DNA of 21,675 bases from Thermoanaerobaculia bacterium. Its GTDB lineage: Bacteria > Acidobacteriota > Thermoanaerobaculia > UBA5066. Under the pieces are notes generated by a model. It searched no databases, was not told the DNA's origin, and saw only the letters and a program-made list of their open reading frames with translations. The translations under genes and the position numbers were made by a program. Where the stretch lies: the NCBI GenBank assembly GCA_038245905.1, contig JBBRRY010000043.1, positions 1 through 21,675 of the forward strand, read 5' to 3'. Below are positions 16,539 through 21,675 of the stretch, piece by piece; the stretch's first letter is position 1, and every line of letters starts with the position of its first letter.

Positions 16539-17723
16539 TCAGCAGCCCCCGCCCTTCTTCGGTGCAACAGCCGGCGCGGCCGCGGGCCGCGGCGCGGCGG
16601 ACACGGGCGAGGCCGCAGAGGCCGCGCCCGTGAAGTGGGCGACCAGTGCCGCCTGTTCGCGATAGGCAGCCACCTGTGCAGCGGTCGGGTTCCCCGGCGG
16701 CTTCGGCGCCGTCAGGACCTCGGCGTTCCAGGCGTCGTATCCGCCTTCGAGGACGAAGACCTCGCCTCCGAACGCCCGCACGCCCTCCGGGAGGATCGCG
16801 AGGTCGCCCTGAGCGTAGACCGCGAGCTTCCGGGTCGGCGCGAGCGCGGCAACGGCCGACGCGCCCCTCTCCTCCGGGCCTGCCGCCATCGCGCCGGGCA
16901 GTCCGCGCCTCCCCGCGGCCGTCTCGGGCCGCAGGTCGACGACCCACCACGACTCAGGAGACACGACGAGTTGCGTCGCGAGCTCTGCGGCACCGATCCT
17001 CTGGACGGCCTTCGAAGCAGCAACCGTTTGGCGCGCCGGGAGCGCGAGGGCGACGAGCGCCAGCACGGCGACGGCGGCGAAGCCGGAGAAGATGCGCAGC
17101 TTGACACGCGCGGGCGAGGCCGGGACGAGCTCTCCCTGCCGCGGGGCGAAGATCGCCTCGAGCTTCTCGCCGCCGAGAAACGCGCCGACCGCCATCGCGA
17201 CGACGCCCGCCGCGACGACCGCGATCGGGACTCCGATCAGCCGGTCGAGCCGGACGACGCCCATCGCCCCGCTCTTGTAGAAGGTCTCGAGCGGCCCGTA
17301 GCCGAAACCGAACGCGAGCGAGCCGAGCATGACGCCGCCGATCGCGAAGACGCCGTCGAGATTTCCCGACGCGATCGCGACGACGCCCGTCCCGGGGCAG
17401 TAGCCCGACAAGATGAAGCCGGCTCCGAGGAGGAGGCCGCCGACGAGCTGCGGCCAGAGGAACGTCTCGGGCACCGTGATCTTCGCGAGATCGAGGACGC
17501 CCACCCCGGCGAGGAACGCCATCCCGACGCAGGCCGTCACGATCGCGCTGAACATGACCTTCAGGACGCGCACGTCCGTCAGGTAGAACTGCGCGGCGAG
17601 GTTGCGGGCGCGTCCGAAGCCCGCCCGCTCGAGGGCGAACCCGAACGCGACGCCGACGAGCGTCCCGATCAGGAGGCCCGTGTACGCGCCGAACACGTCG
17701 TGTGGGAAGAGAGGGAACGTCAT
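16539..17723 (-). CDS. YeeE/YedE sulfur-transport protein fused to a degenerate rhodanese domain and a C-terminal GGC tail
   Basis: FGFALERAGF and GFILSGYCPGT (YeeE-type). VVDLRP...LPGA...AVYAQG...VLEGGYDAW gives a rhodanese fold without the loop Cys. Ala/Pro-rich tail ends KKGGGC. ATG at 17723 overlaps the upstream stop. Confidence 0.85.
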   Translation of the reverse strand: MTFPLFPHDVFGAYTGLLIGTLVGVAFGFALERAGFGRARNLAAQFYLTDVRVLKVMFSAIVTACVGMAFLAGVGVLDLAKITVPETFLWPQLVGGLLLGAGFILSGYCPGTGVVAIASGNLDGVFAIGGVMLGSLAFGFGYGPLETFYKSGAMGVVRLDRLIGVPIAVVAAGVVAMAVGAFLGGEKLEAIFAPRQGELVPASPARVKLRIFSGFAAVAVLALVALALPARQTVAASKAVQRIGAAELATQLVVSPESWWVVDLRPETAAGRRGLPGAMAAGPEERGASAVAALAPTRKLAVYAQGDLAILPEGVRAFGGEVFVLEGGYDAWNAEVLTAPKPPGNPTAAQVAAYREQAALVAHFTGAASAASPVSAAPRPAAAPAVAPKKGGGC

Positions 17724-18259
17724 CGCCACTCCTTCCGGACGAACGGGGCGACGAGGTATCCGCCCGTGAAAACCGCCATCATGAAAACCCACGAGCCGAG
17801 CGAAAGCGCCGCGCCGCCCGTGAGCGCCTGGCCCGACGTGCAGCCGCGGGCGAGGCGCGCCGCGAACCCCATGAGCACGCCACCCACAACCGCGAGCACG
17901 AGGCGCTGCATCGTGGTCGCGCGCGGGCCCTTCTCGATCCCGATCTTCAGGCGCCCGGCCGAGTAGGCGCCGAGGACACCGCCGAGGAAGACACCGAGGA
18001 CCTCGAAGACGAGCCAATCCTCGAGAACGTGCTTGCCAGGGCCGTAGTACTGAGAGAAGTACGCATTCGTCTCGATCGTCTTCGGCGCCACGAAGTGGGC
18101 GCCCGCGACCGCGAACCGCGTCACGGCGCCGGACGAGCCGAGGCCGAAGCCCATGACAAGGAACGACGCGAGGAGGACGAGACCGAGAAAGACGCCCGCG
18201 ACGTACGGATTCCAGAAGGGGCGTTCGACTGGGGGCTGCAGTGTGGACACGGCGTTCAC
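17720..18259 (-). CDS. YeeE/YedE-family (thiosulfate/sulfur transporter-like) membrane protein
   Basis: WNPYVAGVFLG, GGVLMGFAARLARGCTSGQAL and four hydrophobic segments. GTGA overlap with the psrC stop. Confidence 0.9.
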   Translation of the reverse strand: MNAVSTLQPPVERPFWNPYVAGVFLGLVLLASFLVMGFGLGSSGAVTRFAVAGAHFVAPKTIETNAYFSQYYGPGKHVLEDWLVFEVLGVFLGGVLGAYSAGRLKIGIEKGPRATTMQRLVLAVVGGVLMGFAARLARGCTSGQALTGGAALSLGSWVFMMAVFTGGYLVAPFVRKEWR

Positions 18260-19239
18260 CTCATGACGAGGAGCCGGAAGGCCGAGGCCTGGCCGGCGGC
18301 GAGAAGGATCCAGCGCAGCGCGAGGCCGCCGGCGAGGATGAGGACCGGGACGAGGGCGACGAACGGCAGGTGACGCTTCGACTCGAGGAACTCCATCCCG
18401 AGCGGGACGAGAAGGCCCATCACGACGACGACGGACCAGAAGACGGCGGTGTACGGCCCGCCGAGGAAGCTCCGGGCCGCGAAACGGCCGGCCTCCCCGG
18501 ACGTCGCCCAGCCGAGGAGGAGGAGGACGATCAAGACGAGCTCGGCGCCGATCGCGATCGCGTCCCAGCGGACCAGAGTCCTTCGTTCGGCTTCATCGAG
18601 ATTGAGAAGGAGGAGCGACGCGGCGCCCGTCGAGATGCCCGACGCGAGGAAGAGCGGTCCGAGAACGGCGCTGTTCCAGGCGAGGCGCGAGGGCATCGTC
18701 CCGAGGAGGAGACCCGTATAGAGCCCGAGGCCCACGCCCGTCACGACGCTCGTGACGAGAATCGCGCGGCGGTGGCCGTCCGCGAACACCGTGAGACGGC
18801 CGAGAAGGCTCCTGAGCGCGCGGGGTATGCGTACGACGAGCCAGAGGCGCTGTACGGCGTCCAACGAACCGAGCCCGAGGAGCAGCCCGGCCGGGTAGAT
18901 CAGGACGAGAATCCACGCGCCCCACGACATCGGCGAGGTTGGGCGGAAGACAGCGTAGAAGCGCCACGCCCAGAGGCGGTGCGCGAGGTCCAGCCAGAGA
19001 GCGAGCATACCGAGCGAGAGGAGCCCGAGCGCCGCGAAAGGCGCCGGGAGCAGAGCGCGCGAGTGCGGGCGCGCGCCCGAGGCGAGCTCGAGAGCCGCCG
19101 AAAGGATGAAGATGCCGGCCACGATCCCGCCGAGGAAGAGGTACACCGTGATCTCCCAGCCCCAGACGTGGAGAGACGGGTCGATCTGCGCGTTGGCGCG
19201 GGTCGTGACGGTCTCGAGAAGCGAAGGCGTCATCGTCAT
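18256..19239 (-). CDS. psrC: NrfD/PsrC-type polysulfide reductase membrane anchor
   Basis: WGWEITVYLFLGG, LWLDL, TSPMSWGAWIL, YTGLLL...AWNS and LRWIL motifs with about 8 TM helices. Confidence 0.88.
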   Translation of the reverse strand: MTMTPSLLETVTTRANAQIDPSLHVWGWEITVYLFLGGIVAGIFILSAALELASGARPHSRALLPAPFAALGLLSLGMLALWLDLAHRLWAWRFYAVFRPTSPMSWGAWILVLIYPAGLLLGLGSLDAVQRLWLVVRIPRALRSLLGRLTVFADGHRRAILVTSVVTGVGLGLYTGLLLGTMPSRLAWNSAVLGPLFLASGISTGAASLLLLNLDEAERRTLVRWDAIAIGAELVLIVLLLLGWATSGEAGRFAARSFLGGPYTAVFWSVVVVMGLLVPLGMEFLESKRHLPFVALVPVLILAGGLALRWILLAAGQASAFRLLVMR

Positions 19240-19243
19240 ACCC

Positions 19244-19792
19244 TCAGAGGAGGAAGTAGAGGTTCGGCTGCGCGCCGCTCTCGGGGTGGTTCACCTTCCA
19301 GCGGCGGGTGCGGAGGTTCTTCGAGACGTCGGACTCGGAGTCGTTCAGGTCGCCGAACGCGAGCGTCCCGGTCGGGCAGACGCTCACGCACGCGGGAAGG
19401 AACCCCGCCTGCACGCGGTGGAGACAGAACGTGCACTTGTCGATGTAGCCCTTCGGGTTCACGAAGCGCGCGTCGTACGGGCAGGCGGTGATGCACGCCT
19501 TGCAGCCCGAGCACTTGCCGTGAGTCACGAGGACGACGCCGCCCTCGTTCACGTGGCTCGCGCCCGTCGGGCAGTTCCTGACGCAGGGGGCGTCCGAGCA
19601 GTGATTGCAACGCTCGGAGCGGATCTCGGCGGCGAGGAGCGGGAACTCCCCGCGCACGTCCTCGACGATCCAGTCGCGGCAGAAGCCGTCCGGGACGTCG
19701 TTCTCGGCCTTGCAGGACAGGACGCACGCCTTGCAGCCGACGCAGAGACGGGTGTCGACGGTCATCGCGTAGCGCTTCTTTGTCGTGCTCAT
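19244..19792 (-). CDS. psrB: Four-cluster Fe-S subunit (PsrB/NrfC type)
   Basis: CVGCKACVLSC, CNHCSDAPCVRNCP, CSGCKACITACPY and KCTFC...PACVSVCP. Confidence 0.92.
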   Translation of the reverse strand: MSTTKKRYAMTVDTRLCVGCKACVLSCKAENDVPDGFCRDWIVEDVRGEFPLLAAEIRSERCNHCSDAPCVRNCPTGASHVNEGGVVLVTHGKCSGCKACITACPYDARFVNPKGYIDKCTFCLHRVQAGFLPACVSVCPTGTLAFGDLNDSESDVSKNLRTRRWKVNHPESGAQPNLYFLL

Positions 19793-19793
19793 G

Positions 19794-21674
19794 TCAGGCC
19801 CTCTCGACGGAGACGAAGTTGACGCTCATCCCGGTGCTCCCCGCCACGGGGTCCACCGCGACCCTCGTGACGAGCTCCGAGTCGTCGAGGCCGCGCCCCT
19901 TCGCGAACTTCAGGCCGGGGCTCGTGTGGCCGTAACCGTGGACCACGAAGACACAGTCGGGGCGAATCCGCTGCGTCGCCTTGAGCTTCGCCGGAGTGGA
20001 CCTGGCGCCGTCCTGATTCACGAGGACGACCTTCTCCCCGTCCGCGAGGCCGCGCTCCTTCGCGATCTTCGCGTTCAGCCAGACCTCGTTGTCCTTCGTG
20101 ACCTCGGAAAGGAACCGGTTATTCGTGGTGCGCCCGAACGTGTGGACGGGCGTCCGTCCGAAGAGGAGCCGGAACTGGCCGGGACCGGGTCCCTCGTGCC
20201 GCGTGTAGGGCGGCAGCGGCGGGAGGCCAGCGGCCTCAAGCTGCTTCGAGTAGAGCTCGATCTTCTTCGACGGCGTCGCGAATGTCAGGGCGAGCCCGTC
20301 CTCGGTCGTCACGGGCACGGGCTTGCCCAGGAGGACGCCCTTCGTCTTGATCTTCGCGACGTCGTAGCCGCCGGCGGCGAGGCGCGCCTCAACCATCGTG
20401 CCGGCGTCGTCCCACGGGAAGTATTGCCCGAGGTTCATGCGGTTCGCGAGCTGCTTCGCGATCCACCAGCCCGGCTTGCTCTCGTAGAGGGGCGGCACGA
20501 CGGGCTGGCGCACGGCGAGGAACGGCTCGCGCCAGGGCGTCGGCGCGATGTCGTCCCAGCGCTCGAGGTACGTGCATTCCGGAAGGACGACGTCCGCGTA
20601 GCCGACGATCTCGGCTGGCAGGACGTCCACCGCGACGAGGAGGTCGAGGTGCTGAATCGCCTCGAGAACCTTTTCCCTCTGCGGAAGGGCCTGCAGGAGG
20701 TTCGTGCCGTACACGATCCACCCCTTGACGGGCGCCGAAGCGCCGAGCCGGCCGGGAACTGTCGCGTCGCAGATGCCGTGAGAGAGCACCTCGTCGGCGA
20801 ACGGGTACGTCACGCCGTCCGGGTGGTCCTGTGTCGCCTTCGCCTTCACGGCGTACTCGGGAACGGGGGTCTTCGGGACCTTCATCGACGACGGGATGAA
20901 GAAACCGCCGCGGCGCCCCCAGCTTCCGACGAGGGCGTTGAGGATCGCCACCGCCCGGCTCCGCTGCGTGTCGTCGCCGTACCAGGTCGTATGGCGGCCG
21001 GGATGGACGAGCGACGCGGGCCGCGCCCCCGCGATCACGCGCGCCGTCTCGACGATGACCTCGGGGCGGATCGTCGTCTCCGTGAAGGCCCACTCGGGGG
21101 TCTTGTCCGCGACGTGCTTCTTGAGCTCCTCGAATCCGGTCGCGTACGTCTCGATGTATTCGCGGTCGTAGAGGCCCTCGTTGATGATCACGTGCGTCCA
21201 CGCAAGGAGGAGCGCGAGGTCGGTCCCGGGCTTGATCGGGAGCCAGTATTTCGCCTTGCCCGCGGCGGTCGAGAAACGCGGGTCGACGGCGATGACCGTC
21301 GCGCCCTTCGCGATCGCGAGCGCGAAGTCCTGCACCTGCGTGTTGTGCATGTTCTCGCCGAGGTGCGAGCCGAGGAGCGTGATGACGCGCGCGTTCGCGA
21401 GGTCGAGGACTTCGGGCGAGCCGACGGGAGAGCCGTACGTGAGCTGGAATCCCACCTCGCGCGGCCCGCGGCACTGCCCATAAGACGGCGCCGTGACGTT
21501 CGCCGAGCCATAGGCGAAGAGTAGGTGCTTGAAGAACGAGCCGCCGAAGCCGTGCGAGAAGAGGGCAACCTTGTCGGCACCGGCCTCCTTCTGGATTCTC
21601 AGAAGCTTTTCGGCCGTGAAGTCGAGGGCCGTCTCCCACGAGACTTCCTCGAACGTCTGATCGCCGCGCTTTCC
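19794..21674 (-). CDS. psrA: Molybdopterin oxidoreductase catalytic subunit, PsrA/PhsA-like (N-terminus outside the window)
   Basis: The frame is open to the window edge (GKRGDQTFEEVSWETALDF...APSYGQCRGPREVGF). Putative Mo-ligand Cys is at 21471-21473 in a loop like T. thermophilus PsrA. Also VDPRFS, PGTDLA, ADVVLPECTYLER, TPSKKIELYS and HTFGRT. Confidence 0.88.
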   Translation of the reverse strand, partial: GKRGDQTFEEVSWETALDFTAEKLLRIQKEAGADKVALFSHGFGGSFFKHLLFAYGSANVTAPSYGQCRGPREVGFQLTYGSPVGSPEVLDLANARVITLLGSHLGENMHNTQVQDFALAIAKGATVIAVDPRFSTAAGKAKYWLPIKPGTDLALLLAWTHVIINEGLYDREYIETYATGFEELKKHVADKTPEWAFTETTIRPEVIVETARVIAGARPASLVHPGRHTTWYGDDTQRSRAVAILNALVGSWGRRGGFFIPSSMKVPKTPVPEYAVKAKATQDHPDGVTYPFADEVLSHGICDATVPGRLGASAPVKGWIVYGTNLLQALPQREKVLEAIQHLDLLVAVDVLPAEIVGYADVVLPECTYLERWDDIAPTPWREPFLAVRQPVVPPLYESKPGWWIAKQLANRMNLGQYFPWDDAGTMVEARLAAGGYDVAKIKTKGVLLGKPVPVTTEDGLALTFATPSKKIELYSKQLEAAGLPPLPPYTRHEGPGPGQFRLLFGRTPVHTFGRTTNNRFLSEVTKDNEVWLNAKIAKERGLADGEKVVLVNQDGARSTPAKLKATQRIRPDCVFVVHGYGHTSPGLKFAKGRGLDDSELVTRVAVDPVAGSTGMSVNFVSVERA

Positions 21675-21675
21675 C

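Noticed and set aside
16473-16541. TGC-TGA-TGC at the end of the YeeE-rhodanese gene; read-through (CUC...) would end in an ATGA overlap with fadL
   Set aside because: No convincing stem-loop follows the UGA, the extension looks like intergenic/RBS sequence, and GGC-COOH is a sensible terminus. Likely coincidence.
1718-21639. Many long overlapping ORFs (e.g. 1718-3421 -, 5662-6888 +, 9606-11138 +, 14884-16665 +, 19785-21524 +)
   Set aside because: Antisense or alternate-frame shadows of real genes in high-GC DNA. They are Arg/Pro/Gly-rich with no recognisable motifs.
19794-21674. Calling the molybdoenzyme a respiratory arsenate reductase or arsenite oxidase because of the nearby ars operon
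   Set aside because: The Cys ligand loop, NrfD anchor and YeeE/rhodanese context fit PsrA/PhsA better, and no Rieske subunit is in the window. A phylogeny is still needed to fix the substrate.
1-21675. CRISPR arrays, tRNA (including tRNA-Sec), rRNA, IS elements or integrases
   Set aside because: None recognised by eye. The window is almost fully occupied by protein-coding genes and shows no regularly spaced repeats.

Overview
GC-rich bacterial window carrying a dense sulfur/metalloid gene cluster. No CRISPR, rRNA, tRNA or mobile element was recognised. From left to right: a truncated ClC channel gene and pal (- strand); a MarR regulator; an ArsR-family regulator followed by a cysteine-desulfurase-like class V enzyme and a trans-sulfuration lyase (+); decayed ccdA and thioredoxin remnants and a 53-aa Cys-rich miniprotein (-); then a divergent unit with a small membrane ORF and a SAM methyltransferase-DUF6125-like fusion (+). 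The rest is on the - strand and transcribed leftward: psrABC-like molybdoenzyme genes, two YeeE/YedE genes (one with a Cys-less rhodanese domain and a C-terminal GGC arm), a FadL-type porin, a secreted DUF302-like protein, an internally deleted moaA, arsR-arsM-acr3-arsC-arsP, and a CGGC protein-CDF-chrA unit. The best novelty candidate is the small ORF at 5550. Its in-frame TGA (5640-5642) is followed by a hairpin that fits the bacterial SECIS model, and read-through ends in a GTGA overlap with the methyltransferase start. This suggests a ~60-aa membrane selenoprotein. Family calls come from motif recognition by eye, not from database searches.
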